From the IMG/VR virus record IMGVR_UViG_3300023276_001265: a stretch of 64,000 nt of DNA, one strand, 5' to 3'. The notes beneath the pieces are model-generated. The model saw only the letters and a program-made list of their open reading frames with translations. It was not told the origin of the DNA and made no database searches. Of the stretch, positions 53,299 to 63,504 are shown piece by piece; the stretch's first letter is position 1; the number at the start of each line of letters is the position of its first letter. The stretch is from a virus. The position numbers and the translations under genes are program-made.

Positions 53299-54738
53299 AT
53301 GGCATGGATTGTCAAGACTTACGTCGTCATCTCTCAGACCCCAATCGTGGTCGAGGACTTGGCGCTTGGGACTACTACAAGCTACGAGGCGGGAGAGTTT
53401 TTCACTGCTAGTGAGAACAACCCATCTGTAGTTCGGCTGCTCGCAGCGCAGCATATTGTTGAGTCGTTCGGCCCCTCCCCTTCTGGGTTCGTAATTGACA
53501 ACACCACCGGCATTAACAGCCTCCAGGCTGTACTGGGTGTAGGAAATATCACCGGTGGTAACCCGATCATCATGTCCAATGGGGACAACCTCATTGGTGC
53601 CACTGACGGTGGATGGAGTATTGGCCAACCTGGAGCTAGACGGCCCGCAAATATCTACGTTGGAACGCAGATCGTGGTTGGGAACACGATCACCATCGAT
53701 ACCAACTCCATTGTGGGAAGCGGCGCTTTGGCGCTGTCCTCGACTGGTGCGACCTCTGATCTGACCCTCACCGGGCGAGGGACCGCAATCGCCTTAAATG
53801 AGGCTACGGAGCTGACGCTCGACACGACAAACCAGACAATCGTCGGATCTATCAACGAGCTTGATGCGGCCATTGCAGCGATCTCAATTGATTTGCCTGC
53901 GGTTCTCGTTGCGGGAAACACCACAGGGCCGACTAGCATCGTCATCACTAGTGGCCAGCAAATCGGCGGCGGACGCGCAAACTTCGGGAGCGCAACTTCT
54001 GCGGCTGCAGATGGCGATCTATCCGCAGGTGATGGCACCAATGAGATGTCCTGGGACGCGAGCGCAAAACTGCTTCGTGTTGGTGATGCGCTTTATGGCG
54101 CAGCGACACCGCTTTCTGTAACGGCTACTGGTGCTGGCGGGTTTGACCACTACCGCATATCAGCGAACACTGCTGGCGGCACCTTCAGGGGGTTGAAGGC
54201 TCGCGGCACACCAGGCTCTCCTACGGTCTACCTTAATGGCGATACCGCTCTCTCCGTGTCCGGCTTTGGCTACCACCCAAGCGCTGGTGGTGACGGCATG
54301 ATGCAGCTTGGTGCCATCCGAGTTATCGCGGACGGTGTCCCTGGTGCTACTTCGGCACCAGGAAAGCTCCAGTTTGGGACTACGCCTACGGGCGCCCAAT
54401 TCAGCACCAGCCGCTGGGAGATGTTGAGCGCGGGACACTTCGTTGCGGTTGCCGACAACGCCTACGACATTGGTGCCTCTGGTACTACTCGTCCTCGCAC
54501 AGGCTACTTCGGAACGAGCGTCGTCACGCCTACGCTCTCGGTCAGTAGCGGTATCACGAACTCGACCGGTATTGCTTACGCCGGAGCTTCTCCTGTGTTC
54601 ACGGCAGAATTGGCTCTTTTGACCGCAGTGGGCGATAGCGCCTATTTCACCAAGGCTGCGGCCAATACCTACCTGGCCTTCCGCCACTCCACAGGTGGGG
54701 GTGACATTACCGATTTTCACATGGTGATGCTCAGCTAG
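53299..54738 (+). CDS. fibre-like virion protein
   Basis: G/T/A-rich; DN.YDIGAS..TRPRT and VGSINEL motifs; paralog of 54789-56681. Confidence 0.75.
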   Translation: MAWIVKTYVVISQTPIVVEDLALGTTTSYEAGEFFTASENNPSVVRLLAAQHIVESFGPSPSGFVIDNTTGINSLQAVLGVGNITGGNPIIMSNGDNLIGATDGGWSIGQPGARRPANIYVGTQIVVGNTITIDTNSIVGSGALALSSTGATSDLTLTGRGTAIALNEATELTLDTTNQTIVGSINELDAAIAAISIDLPAVLVAGNTTGPTSIVITSGQQIGGGRANFGSATSAAADGDLSAGDGTNEMSWDASAKLLRVGDALYGAATPLSVTATGAGGFDHYRISANTAGGTFRGLKARGTPGSPTVYLNGDTALSVSGFGYHPSAGGDGMMQLGAIRVIADGVPGATSAPGKLQFGTTPTGAQFSTSRWEMLSAGHFVAVADNAYDIGASGTTRPRTGYFGTSVVTPTLSVSSGITNSTGIAYAGASPVFTAELALLTAVGDSAYFTKAAANTYLAFRHSTGGGDITDFHMVMLS

Positions 54739-54788
54739 CAGCTGGTGTATACTGATGCTGTAACTGCAGCTTCCCCGGCGGAGTAGCC

Positions 54789-56681
54789 ATGTCAGCGTCC
54801 ACCAAGACTTATCTTGTAGTCTCTGCTCTACCAGTAGTGGTAGAGGACGGGGGCATCTCGATCAGCTACCAGCCGGGGGCTGTTTTCGAGGCTCTAACCT
54901 CGAACCCTTCTGTTGTAAGACTGCTCGGGATTGAGCAAATCATCGAGACGACAGGGCCTTCATCGACCGGAACAACGGTAATTCAAGGGCCCATTGGCCC
55001 TATCGGGCCTGTTGGTCCCATCGGCCCCATTGGTCCGAATGGGGGGCTCCTAGTCGCGCTCGTGATCGATCCCACAACCGGCGGGAACGACATCGAGATG
55101 ACCGATGCTGACAACATCATCGGCCAGTCTGATGGTGGTTGGGGAATCGGGACACCGGACGCGGGGGCGACTCTGCTCCGACCCGATACGATTTATGTAA
55201 AGACCAGCATCATCATCGGGGACACGGTCACAGTCAACACTGGAGCGGTCACCGGCAGCGCCGCTCTATTAGTGATCTCCGGAGCGGCAACTGACCTGAG
55301 CCTCTCTGGGGGCGATGCTGTAGCGCTCTCCAACGATAATGGTGGAGCTGTCGTCCTTACCGCTGGAGCAAAGAACGGTATAGGAACAGACGGCAAGATC
55401 GAGTTCCGTGGAAACTACGCGAACCCCCTTGTCATGGACGTTGATGGAGCCGTCAACCTCTACGATACGTCTGCAAATAAGGTCATTGAGCTCCTTGCAG
55501 ACCCAGGGGCTCTTAGGGTGGGCCGCAATACCGCACTGACCGCAGCCGAGGGTGACTTCATCTTTGGCAACGACGCTACGCTGACCGGAGTTCAGACAGG
55601 GATCCTATTCTGGGATGCGAGCACCTCGGAGCTGGTGCTCAGGGACAATACCGCCAACCGGATGATGCTTATTGGAGGGGCCTCAAATGAGCTCGCCATC
55701 TACGGCTCTACCGGCATTCGAGGGCTAAAGGCCACTGTAAACGGCGGAACGGCCGAGTTTAGAGCTGAAGACGCTGCGGACCGAACTGGAGTGGACGCGG
55801 TCCTATCTGTTCTCCTCCGTGGTGGAAATGCCGATGGGGTTGAGAACGGCGGTGTCCTCACACTGGAGGCGGGTCGCGCCCTTGGCTCAGGAACTGATGG
55901 CGAGCTACGCCTCCGAACCGGAAACACCGATAGGTGGATCGTCGGTCCGACCGGCCACCTCGTGGCCGGAGTCGATAACACCTATGACATCGGCGCATCG
56001 GCGGCGACTCGCCCAAGAACCGTCTTCATCGGAACTAGCGGTGTAGTCGCGGAGGGAGGAACGAGCGCTGTCACGATCGGTGATGGCGCGATCACAGCCA
56101 CCGTCGGGCTGGGACTCACGGCCGGGGCGGCAGGCGACCTAGACCTAGCTGCGCGTGGCAGCACCGCTATCCCATTTAACGAAGTCGGCCACCTGGCCTT
56201 TACCGGCACAGTGGCCGGGTTCTCGGTGGTTCGCGCCGTCAACACGATTGAGACGGCTGGCACACCAGACCTGGCCACCGTTCTTGGACTTGGAAACACC
56301 ACCGGCGCCAACGATATCCTGATTGCAGCAGGCCAGGAACTGACGGCCGCGCCGGGCGATTCGCTCTCAATCTCCTGCACCGACCCCGCAGGAGACACGG
56401 TTCCTGGAACCGTGACCATTTCCGCTGGTAACGCCAACGGTCCGACGAACAACGACGGTGGGGACGTCACGCTTCTGCCTGGTAATGAGAATGGTGCAGG
56501 GAATCCTGGCCGTATTCTCCTCACGTCTAGTGGCACATCCTATCCGCTTACGGACGCAACGACCTCTGGGCCCGCGCTGACCACGACGGCACAGACCCTT
56601 GTCGAGGCCATCAATGAACTTGATGTGGCCACTGCTACTGACTCGGACAACCACATTATCGCCAACCAGGTCTTTAGGTAG
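54789..56681 (+). CDS. fibre-like virion protein with short collagen-like stretch
   Basis: GPIGPIGPVGPIGPIGP; DNTYDIGASAATRPRT; LVEAINEL. Confidence 0.8.
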   Translation: MSASTKTYLVVSALPVVVEDGGISISYQPGAVFEALTSNPSVVRLLGIEQIIETTGPSSTGTTVIQGPIGPIGPVGPIGPIGPNGGLLVALVIDPTTGGNDIEMTDADNIIGQSDGGWGIGTPDAGATLLRPDTIYVKTSIIIGDTVTVNTGAVTGSAALLVISGAATDLSLSGGDAVALSNDNGGAVVLTAGAKNGIGTDGKIEFRGNYANPLVMDVDGAVNLYDTSANKVIELLADPGALRVGRNTALTAAEGDFIFGNDATLTGVQTGILFWDASTSELVLRDNTANRMMLIGGASNELAIYGSTGIRGLKATVNGGTAEFRAEDAADRTGVDAVLSVLLRGGNADGVENGGVLTLEAGRALGSGTDGELRLRTGNTDRWIVGPTGHLVAGVDNTYDIGASAATRPRTVFIGTSGVVAEGGTSAVTIGDGAITATVGLGLTAGAAGDLDLAARGSTAIPFNEVGHLAFTGTVAGFSVVRAVNTIETAGTPDLATVLGLGNTTGANDILIAAGQELTAAPGDSLSISCTDPAGDTVPGTVTISAGNANGPTNNDGGDVTLLPGNENGAGNPGRILLTSSGTSYPLTDATTSGPALTTTAQTLVEAINELDVATATDSDNHIIANQVFR

Positions 56682-56689
56682 GGACGCCA

Positions 56690-57031
56690 ATGGCTACATT
56701 TTCAAAGGTAATTCTCTCAGGCAGTACTGATGGACGCCCCGTTTCTGTGGTGCAAACAGCCACCGCTGGTGATCTCTTACACACCGCTGATGCCTCGGCG
56801 ATCGATGAGGTATGGCTCTACGCGCTAAACCGGCATACGGGCGATGTCGTACTCACTATCGAGCTTGGCGGCGTAACCGCTGGTGATCTGATCACCGTTA
56901 CCCTCACCGCTGATGGTGGGCCGGTGCTGATTGTTCCTGGCACGCCCATGACCAACAGCCTCGTAGTCCGAGCTTTTGCTGATACGACCGCTGTCGTATC
57001 AGTGTTCGGTTGGGTGAACAGGATCTCCTAA
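56690..57031 (+). CDS. small virion structural protein
   Basis: 113-aa beta-rich ORF in the fibre operon. Confidence 0.7.
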   Translation: MATFSKVILSGSTDGRPVSVVQTATAGDLLHTADASAIDEVWLYALNRHTGDVVLTIELGGVTAGDLITVTLTADGGPVLIVPGTPMTNSLVVRAFADTTAVVSVFGWVNRIS

Positions 57032-57210
57032 TGGCTGTAACATTTGATTTAGGTAACGGCACTAGTGCCCATGTTGAGGATAACGCACACCTAATCGATG
57101 TGCTTGGTAAGGGTATGGTCGAGGCGCAAAACGTCGTGCAGGGTGACAAAATCTGCAATGTTGCAGGCCAGCCTCATAACGAAGTCCTGTCTGCTCCGGT
57201 GGTCGTCTAA
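57031..57210 (+). CDS. hypothetical protein
   Basis: TAATG coupling on both sides. Confidence 0.6.
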   Translation: MAVTFDLGNGTSAHVEDNAHLIDVLGKGMVEAQNVVQGDKICNVAGQPHNEVLSAPVVV

Positions 57211-59420
57211 TGGCTAACACGCCAGCAGCACAGATAGTCGTACTTATCGAAGGCGCGGCTCCGATTGTGTCCGTTCTCTTGGGCGGCGCTAGTCTTGGCG
57301 CTCAGGACGGGGCTGATTTGGGCACGGGCGGCGCTGCCGTGGCACAGGCAGAGGCCGCAGCACACGCGGGAACTATCGCCTTCAACCGCGCCGTGGAATT
57401 CAGGGACGACCGCTACGCGCTCACCGCCTCAACAGCCGGGGGCTTGAATCAGTCTGGCTGCTACCGGAGAGGTCAAGGTGGGGTTGAACAGTGGGGCCTA
57501 GTTTCTGAGGCTGGTGACGAGGCTCTACAGGTTGGCGCGACCAGTGGACTGTTTGTTCTTCACCCGAATGGCGTCCCAACGCTCTGCTATCTCAAGAACA
57601 CTACCGGCAACAGGATCATGGCGTTTAGTACGACAGACGGCGTCAGCGGATCGAACTGGATCTCGACGGGCGTGATTGCTGCAACGGGGGCGACCGTTCT
57701 CCAGGCGGGTCAGGCTATTGCCTTCAAGAGTTCAATCGTTTGGTCGCATATCCGTCATTCTGATTCTGCGGGCAACGGCTGTATCACCCAGTTCGATTTC
57801 AGTACGGGGCTGCTCACGCGCTACGACCCTGTAGCTCTCTTCGACGCGGTCAACCCAGGCTGCTCTTACGGGCTGCACGTTCACGACAGCGTCTTGTTCG
57901 TGTTCGGCTGGACACCAGGGACGGCAGGCTACAGCGTGGCTAAACTCGCTGGTTCGTTCGCAGCCGTCCAGACCGCTACGAATCAGTTTGGCGAAGCTGC
58001 CGCTGGTAACACGGGAGCCTACGGTCACTCGGCCATGTTCACTGACCCGGCCACTGGAGACCTGATCGTCTTCATGTCTGGCGACACGAACGGTGGTGGC
58101 GGTATCCCCGGTGTCCGTGTCGGACGCATTCAAAACGCAACCGGCGGTTCCCCTTCGTTCTCGGAGATCCAAGCGACAGTCTTGGGTGCTGTCGAAGGGG
58201 CAGATAAATACGCAGCCGGTGGCGGGGCCGCGAGCGAGATTCGCCGCTTCTCTGTTTTCGTAGACATCGTCACTGCCCCTGGCACTGTTCGCACGTTCAT
58301 TTACACCTGGCTCCCTGGCGGCACTACCGAGTGCTGGGAGTGGAAGGGTATCGGAGCAGAGATCGAGTCGGTCGGTGCGGGTGCTGGGATTTCCGACAAC
58401 TACGCGATCCCCTACGTGACGGCGGGTGGGGGACACCGTACACCCAGCACGGCGCGAATCTCAATCGGCGACATCGCGAATCCACCCGCTGAAGTCTCGG
58501 GTGGCACTCAGATATTCTTCCGCGCAGCAGGAGCAGATACAGCCAAGACTCTCCAGTTCAGAGGCTCCGACAACCAAGGCGCACCGACCACTATCGTTCC
58601 TATCGTTGCTGCGTCTCTCACGTTAACCAAGCCATTGCTCGACCTTGACCTGGAGGTCTACTACAAATTCAACGACAACGGTGACGACTCCTCCCCCAAC
58701 CTTCGGCACCTCACCTACTCAGGCGCTGAAGCCTACGCGACCGGGAGGTTTGGGAACGGTTACTCGCTAGCGGGCGTGGACGGCGTCCACGCCGAAACGA
58801 GCCCTACTGATCTCACCGCTCTTGAGTTGGTCGGCCACTACACGATCTCCGCGTGGATCAATCTCACGTCGCTGGCCACGCGCTCCGTGATCTGCGAGAA
58901 ATATAGCAACCCTGGAGGCTGGACTCTCTACGTCGAACCCACAGGAGAAGTTGAGTTCGTCTACAACGGCACAGGCATAGTCCTCACACCTACGGGGGAC
59001 ATTACCGCTGCGACCCTCCAGCACGTCATGGTGGTCGCAGACGGAGATACGATCAAGATTTTCGTAGACGGGGTCGAGCGTGCGTCCACTGCATTCGTAG
59101 CCAATGCAGCCACCGCTACTCCGTTCTGGATCGGAGACTCGGTGAGTCAAGTCGCGCCATTCAACGGAGTGATTGACGAGCTTGCAATTTGGACACGAGC
59201 CTTGGGCGCAACTGAGCGCGGGTACGTCTACAATTCAGGCGCAGGCTTTGAGCTAGAGGGGCTCACTCCCTACGCGGCGGGTCAGCCGTCGATCAGTGCG
59301 AACACTGTTATCAATCTGACCCCAGACGGCGGTAGGACGCTCTACAGCGTGATCCTCGACACGGCGAGCGCGGGCATTGACGAGGGCGACACGGGCCTCT
59401 TGATCGCAGAACTGGCATAG
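57210..59420 (+). CDS. virion protein with LamG/concanavalin A-like domain
   Basis: YYKFND, YTISAWI, FNGVIDELAIWTRAL. Confidence 0.85.
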   Translation: MANTPAAQIVVLIEGAAPIVSVLLGGASLGAQDGADLGTGGAAVAQAEAAAHAGTIAFNRAVEFRDDRYALTASTAGGLNQSGCYRRGQGGVEQWGLVSEAGDEALQVGATSGLFVLHPNGVPTLCYLKNTTGNRIMAFSTTDGVSGSNWISTGVIAATGATVLQAGQAIAFKSSIVWSHIRHSDSAGNGCITQFDFSTGLLTRYDPVALFDAVNPGCSYGLHVHDSVLFVFGWTPGTAGYSVAKLAGSFAAVQTATNQFGEAAAGNTGAYGHSAMFTDPATGDLIVFMSGDTNGGGGIPGVRVGRIQNATGGSPSFSEIQATVLGAVEGADKYAAGGGAASEIRRFSVFVDIVTAPGTVRTFIYTWLPGGTTECWEWKGIGAEIESVGAGAGISDNYAIPYVTAGGGHRTPSTARISIGDIANPPAEVSGGTQIFFRAAGADTAKTLQFRGSDNQGAPTTIVPIVAASLTLTKPLLDLDLEVYYKFNDNGDDSSPNLRHLTYSGAEAYATGRFGNGYSLAGVDGVHAETSPTDLTALELVGHYTISAWINLTSLATRSVICEKYSNPGGWTLYVEPTGEVEFVYNGTGIVLTPTGDITAATLQHVMVVADGDTIKIFVDGVERASTAFVANAATATPFWIGDSVSQVAPFNGVIDELAIWTRALGATERGYVYNSGAGFELEGLTPYAAGQPSISANTVINLTPDGGRTLYSVILDTASAGIDEGDTGLLIAELA

Positions 59421-59424
59421 TTCT

Positions 59425-59652
59425 GTGGCCGAATTAAGCGCACCATTCCTCTGGACGAAAGGGGCAGCACAAACACCACGCCCTAGTGCTCCATTCCTCT
59501 GGACGAAGGGGGCGGCTCAGACTCCGCGCCCCAGTGCGCCTTTCCGATGGCTGAAGGGCGCCCCAGTGCTTCCCTCCCTGGTGACTACAGGGCTGAAGCC
59601 TAGATTCTTCCCTAGAAATAGAAGATTCGATCTTCCGGGGCCGATTTCGTAG
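59425..59652 (+). CDS. small protein with 16-aa tandem repeats
   Basis: SAPFLWTKGAAQTPRP x2 plus a partial third copy, with synonymous divergence. Confidence 0.65.
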   Translation: MAELSAPFLWTKGAAQTPRPSAPFLWTKGAAQTPRPSAPFRWLKGAPVLPSLVTTGLKPRFFPRNRRFDLPGPIS

Positions 59653-59729
59653 TCATCGCATCAGCTGATGACATTTAGGTCATTCTCTGGTACGCTCCAT
59701 CAATCCCCGGTAAGTGCAGGAGAATACAC

Positions 59730-60056
59730 ATGACAGACCCCATTACGTCACTCCCACAAGAGATCGTGCCGCAAACCGAGAAACCAGCTGTCGCGCCGCC
59801 GCCTGTCCCAGTGCAGGTCGAACGGGTCGTATTCCTGGCGGCTCGGCTTCGCGAGCTCCTCGCCACAGAGGCAAACCTTAGGACTCTAGTGGCCGAGCTA
59901 CAATCCGAGAATGCCCTTTTCCGGGCTAAGCAGTCGCAGTCTGAGATTGATGGACTTGAGGCGGAGTTCGATGTAGGAGAGGGCACGGTCCTCCAGAAGC
60001 GACCTGATGGGAGTGTTTGGCGAATCCCACCAGAGCTTCTGCAGAAGCAGGGCTAG
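59730..60056 (+). CDS. coiled-coil protein
   Basis: AGGAG RBS; heptad pattern. Confidence 0.65.
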   Translation: MTDPITSLPQEIVPQTEKPAVAPPPVPVQVERVVFLAARLRELLATEANLRTLVAELQSENALFRAKQSQSEIDGLEAEFDVGEGTVLQKRPDGSVWRIPPELLQKQG

Positions 60057-60400
60057 TCGATCTCAGCTGATTTACGGGCCGCAAGGCAGGCGAACTCGCT
60101 CGGAATGAACTCCCTACAAGCATCAGGACGTGCATCGTAGATTGAACAAGAGCACTGCTTTCCTACAGACCCACGAAGCGATATGCAGGTCACGAGCCCC
60201 TGAACGTTCGTCTTGGTTCGCACCCCTATCTCGAAGGGGTCGTTTATCTTGCTGACGAGGCGTCTGACCGTCTTCTCGGTATACGCCAGTCGGAGACGAC
60301 GAACATCGCCATCCCCGACATAGACGTAGGTATCAGCCTTGTTGGAGGAGATACAGCATGCCCCGCAGGACTTGCAGTCAATGCCCTCCGGGTCGACCAA
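60053..60400 (-). CDS. YkgJ-family CxxCxxCC cysteine-cluster protein
   Basis: DCKSCGACC...CSIYDARPDACREF. Confidence 0.85.
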   Translation of the reverse strand: MVDPEGIDCKSCGACCISSNKADTYVYVGDGDVRRLRLAYTEKTVRRLVSKINDPFEIGVRTKTNVQGLVTCISLRGSVGKQCSCSIYDARPDACREFIPSEFACLAARKSAEID

Positions 60401-60727
60401 CTACATGTCCCCGATTAGGGTTAGCGCGTTCCGCAAATTAGCGCGAGCCTCGTCTATCTCACCGTTACCAAGAGCCTCTTCTGCGGTATGAATACAGCCG
60501 AGGGCGGTTAGACGATCGAGGGGTCCTGGGTCAGTGAAGACCCTAGCTCCGCATTCACGCAACTTCATGGCGAGTGCTTGGGTCATGGCCGGGTTCAAGT
60601 CCGGAAGAACGACCGGAGCCATGTCCATCCATTGTTTGGAGGTCTTGAGGTCGAACCCGTAGGCGGACCTGATCTCCTTAATCACTGCGATCTTCTTCTG
60701 CCCTGCGTTCTCCAGTTTAATGGCCAT
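60401..60727 (-). CDS. ribosomal protein bL12 C-terminal-domain protein
   Basis: AGQKKIAVIKEIRSAYGFDLKTSKQWMDMAPVVL...KLRECGARV. Confidence 0.8.
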   Translation of the reverse strand: MAIKLENAGQKKIAVIKEIRSAYGFDLKTSKQWMDMAPVVLPDLNPAMTQALAMKLRECGARVFTDPGPLDRLTALGCIHTAEEALGNGEIDEARANLRNALTLIGDM

Positions 60728-60754
60728 TAGGACCTCCCTTCTCTCTGATACTTT

Positions 60755-61273
60755 CTACCCGATCTGCTCGGGCTTCTTGGAGAGCCTACCACCGCCGCAT
60801 GCTGGGCATTTAGCTTCACTGGTTTGGTAGGAGTCGTTGCTTGTAGTGAATGGCAGGGTGCATGTGAGGCATAGAACGCCAATGTTCGCTGGTCCGTCGG
60901 TGATGGTTGCCGGGCCCCCATCACCGCGCTTGAACATCTGAGTAGGAGCACGTCTGTGCGCTGCCCTATCGGCAGCAACTGCAGCTTCCGCGCAGGGGTC
61001 GCAGTATTCCGCGTGATTGTCGACCCCGTGCTCGCAGAGGTCCACACCAGCCGGTAAGAGCTTCGTAGTGTCTGGGTGAGATCGTATGTGGATATCAAGT
61101 AGGTCCTCAATCGATGCCCAGACGGCGAAGGAGTCCTTTCCGGTCATCCACCTTGTGACGGCAGAGCCGTCCTCGAAAACGGCTACCTGTGCAACGCGAC
61201 CTGTTCCGGAAACACCGGTCTGATCTGTAATGCGGATCATGTTGTAGAGGCCAGGAGGGTATGAAGTAGTCAT
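60755..61273 (-). CDS. hypothetical phage protein with C-terminal Zn ribbon
   Basis: DQTGVSGTGRVAQVAVFEDG; CxxC pairs. Confidence 0.65.
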   Translation of the reverse strand: MTTSYPPGLYNMIRITDQTGVSGTGRVAQVAVFEDGSAVTRWMTGKDSFAVWASIEDLLDIHIRSHPDTTKLLPAGVDLCEHGVDNHAEYCDPCAEAAVAADRAAHRRAPTQMFKRGDGGPATITDGPANIGVLCLTCTLPFTTSNDSYQTSEAKCPACGGGRLSKKPEQIG

Positions 61274-61553
61274 GCCCTCTCATACTAGAACCAAGGTCTA
61301 TTTCATAGAAAATACTGAGACGGGCCGCATCAAAGTGGGGTTCACGACAAGCTCGGTTAACGCTCGCGTAGTTGCGCTTCAGACGGGATCTGATTGCCAG
61401 TTACGACTTCTTGGTTCCGTTATCGCGGATCAAGCGGCGGGGACAACAGAGCTCCAGCTTCACAGGCTGTTCAGTAGGTGGCACCACCGTGGCGAGTGGT
61501 TTACTAGAGAGATCCTCCCGATGGTCGTGGAACTGCTTTCGGAACCAACTTAA
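61272..61553 (+). CDS. GIY-YIG (T5orf172-like) domain protein
   Basis: VYFI...IKVGFT...RVVALQTG...ELQLHRLF...GEWF. Confidence 0.85.
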   Translation: MPSHTRTKVYFIENTETGRIKVGFTTSSVNARVVALQTGSDCQLRLLGSVIADQAAGTTELQLHRLFSRWHHRGEWFTREILPMVVELLSEPT

Positions 61554-62055
61554 CGTATACGCTCCGCTTCGACCGGCGAATGGTGACTATCTTTGCGTCC
61601 ACCAATCTGTATACGAGCCACTCCACTACATCATGTGGAACGCGTAGATCCCTAGAGAGCGCCGGGATTGATGACTGATTAAGTTGGATCGCACCGAGTA
61701 GGTCTTGGGCTACATAACCGTCGATAGGAGGTGTCGTAGTTATGATCTCCTCCTCGCGTGCTTCCTCCCGACGTTGTATCTTGGCTGCATAGGGCATCAT
61801 TACTACATGATCGAGACAGTAAGGTTTGTTTCCGACGGTGCGGCCCGTGCAATCTGGAATCTCACATGGGGGACCATAGCAACGAGCAGACCCGCGACGA
61901 CGCCTCGCCGGTTTGTTAGACGATCTGCGAAGAGCTTCGATGAACAAAAGTCGCCTGTCTGTTGCCAACGCCCTTGGCCCCCTGCTCGCGGTACTTACCT
62001 CTGATGCGCCCTTTAATACCTTACAGCCATAGTCCATAAACCGCATGAATCTCAT
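61504..62055 (-). CDS. hypothetical protein with CxxxxC..CxxH and wHTH-like region
   Basis: SIPALSRDLRVPHDVVEWLVYRL; start uncertain. Confidence 0.5.
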   Translation of the reverse strand: MRFMRFMDYGCKVLKGASEVSTASRGPRALATDRRLLFIEALRRSSNKPARRRRGSARCYGPPCEIPDCTGRTVGNKPYCLDHVVMMPYAAKIQRREEAREEEIITTTPPIDGYVAQDLLGAIQLNQSSIPALSRDLRVPHDVVEWLVYRLVDAKIVTIRRSKRSVYVKLVPKAVPRPSGGSL

Positions 62056-62569
62056 TTACACGCATAGGTCTGGTGGTCGTATTTGGCAGGGGGATAAGAA
62101 CGACGTTAAAGCCCTCCTTCAGCGCCCTAATAAAGAAGTTGATCTAATCGGTCTATTTGCGCAGGAGTTTCAGCCGACTGATCCAAATAATCATTACGAA
62201 CTACTTAGGGGCGGGTACGACGATAATGACGCTGCAAATGATGATGAGTTGAAAAAAGTTGGAGAATTAGCCAGTCATTTCTCGGATAGATTCGCGGTTG
62301 CTCTACGCGAGGGGAAAGGGTGCGTGTCGTCGTGCAACATGGGCCTCAATCGCTCTGGGTTGGTGACGGCTCTTACGTTGATGAAAGCGACCCACATGGG
62401 ACCTGAAGAGGCGATCAGTCTTGTGAGGCGGAATAGGACTCCCCAACAAGGGTTGAGCGCCCTCTGCAACAGAAAATTCGTGGAAATGATCCGCAAACTT
62501 GGCGCTACAAGCGGGTCTAAGTCGACCTGGACCAAGTGGAACAGGGAATCTCCGAAAGCGCGGCGGTAA
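62045..62569 (+). CDS. dual-specificity/tyrosine phosphatase-like protein
   Basis: CX5R loop CNMGLNRS; AISLVRRNR. Confidence 0.85.
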   Translation: MNLIYTHRSGGRIWQGDKNDVKALLQRPNKEVDLIGLFAQEFQPTDPNNHYELLRGGYDDNDAANDDELKKVGELASHFSDRFAVALREGKGCVSSCNMGLNRSGLVTALTLMKATHMGPEEAISLVRRNRTPQQGLSALCNRKFVEMIRKLGATSGSKSTWTKWNRESPKARR

Positions 62570-62645
62570 TATGGACCGACGCATCCGATTCTGTTAGACT
62601 CAGTTGTGGTGATGCACAACACGAGCATCTGTCACAGGAGACGAC

Positions 62646-63479
62646 ATGGCCAGAGCAGTTGAGAAGCAGCGCAAGCGGCGCCGCAGCTTGGATTCCAAGC
62701 AGCGGACCGAAGCGGTGCGTCTCTATGAGCTCGGCCTATCTGGTCCTAAAATCGCTCTGCAGTTTGATGTAGGAGTTGACCAGGTCTACAAGGTACTCCA
62801 TACCGCAGGCGTGTGCCGCGATGTGACTGGCTGTCGAAACCGGCGATGGACGGACGATCAAGAAGACCAGATCATTGATGCTTACCTGGAGGGCGAGACT
62901 CAGGTCGGATTAGCCCGAACCTGGAATACAAGCCAGTCAGCGATCTCCTCGATCCTGAAAAGGACGGGAACCCAAACGCGCTACAAAAAGCGAGAGCTTT
63001 CTGCGACTGAGCTGCAGAGCGTTAAGAATCGGTATGAGGCCGGAGAGACGGCAGGCGCTATTGCTGAAGACTTTGACGTCTTCCACAAGCGCATTCTCGT
63101 CGAGCTCAGGCGTATGGGAGCGAAGATTAGGAAACGCCCTGGCTTCCACACGTGGACTGATGACTGCGGTCGCGCCTTCACATTCAAGTCTCTCTGGGAG
63201 CTACGAGTTGCCCAGCATTTGGACCTGCTTGGGAAGTCTTGGGACTACGAAAAAGCTAAATACACAGTCATCGTAGATGATGGTGTCGCCACCTACACGC
63301 CAGACTTTTGGATCTACGCAACGTGCGGAGAGCTGGAGGCTGTTGTGGACGTCAAGGGCCGATGGTGGCCCACTGGGCAGCAGGAGAAAATCGAACTCTT
63401 CTGCCAACAGTATCCCCACATTCCGTTCGAGATTTGGGACGCTCGCGTCCTAAAGGGATCAGGCGTTCGCCTTTTTTAA
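62646..63479 (+). CDS. HTH-repeat PD-(D/E)XK (TnsA-N-like) endonuclease
   Basis: Three HTH repeats; FKSLWE...WDYE...YTPDF...VDVKG. Confidence 0.8.
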   Translation: MARAVEKQRKRRRSLDSKQRTEAVRLYELGLSGPKIALQFDVGVDQVYKVLHTAGVCRDVTGCRNRRWTDDQEDQIIDAYLEGETQVGLARTWNTSQSAISSILKRTGTQTRYKKRELSATELQSVKNRYEAGETAGAIAEDFDVFHKRILVELRRMGAKIRKRPGFHTWTDDCGRAFTFKSLWELRVAQHLDLLGKSWDYEKAKYTVIVDDGVATYTPDFWIYATCGELEAVVDVKGRWWPTGQQEKIELFCQQYPHIPFEIWDARVLKGSGVRLF

Positions 63480-63504
63480 GGTATGAACAGGAGCATAAAC
63501 CCTT

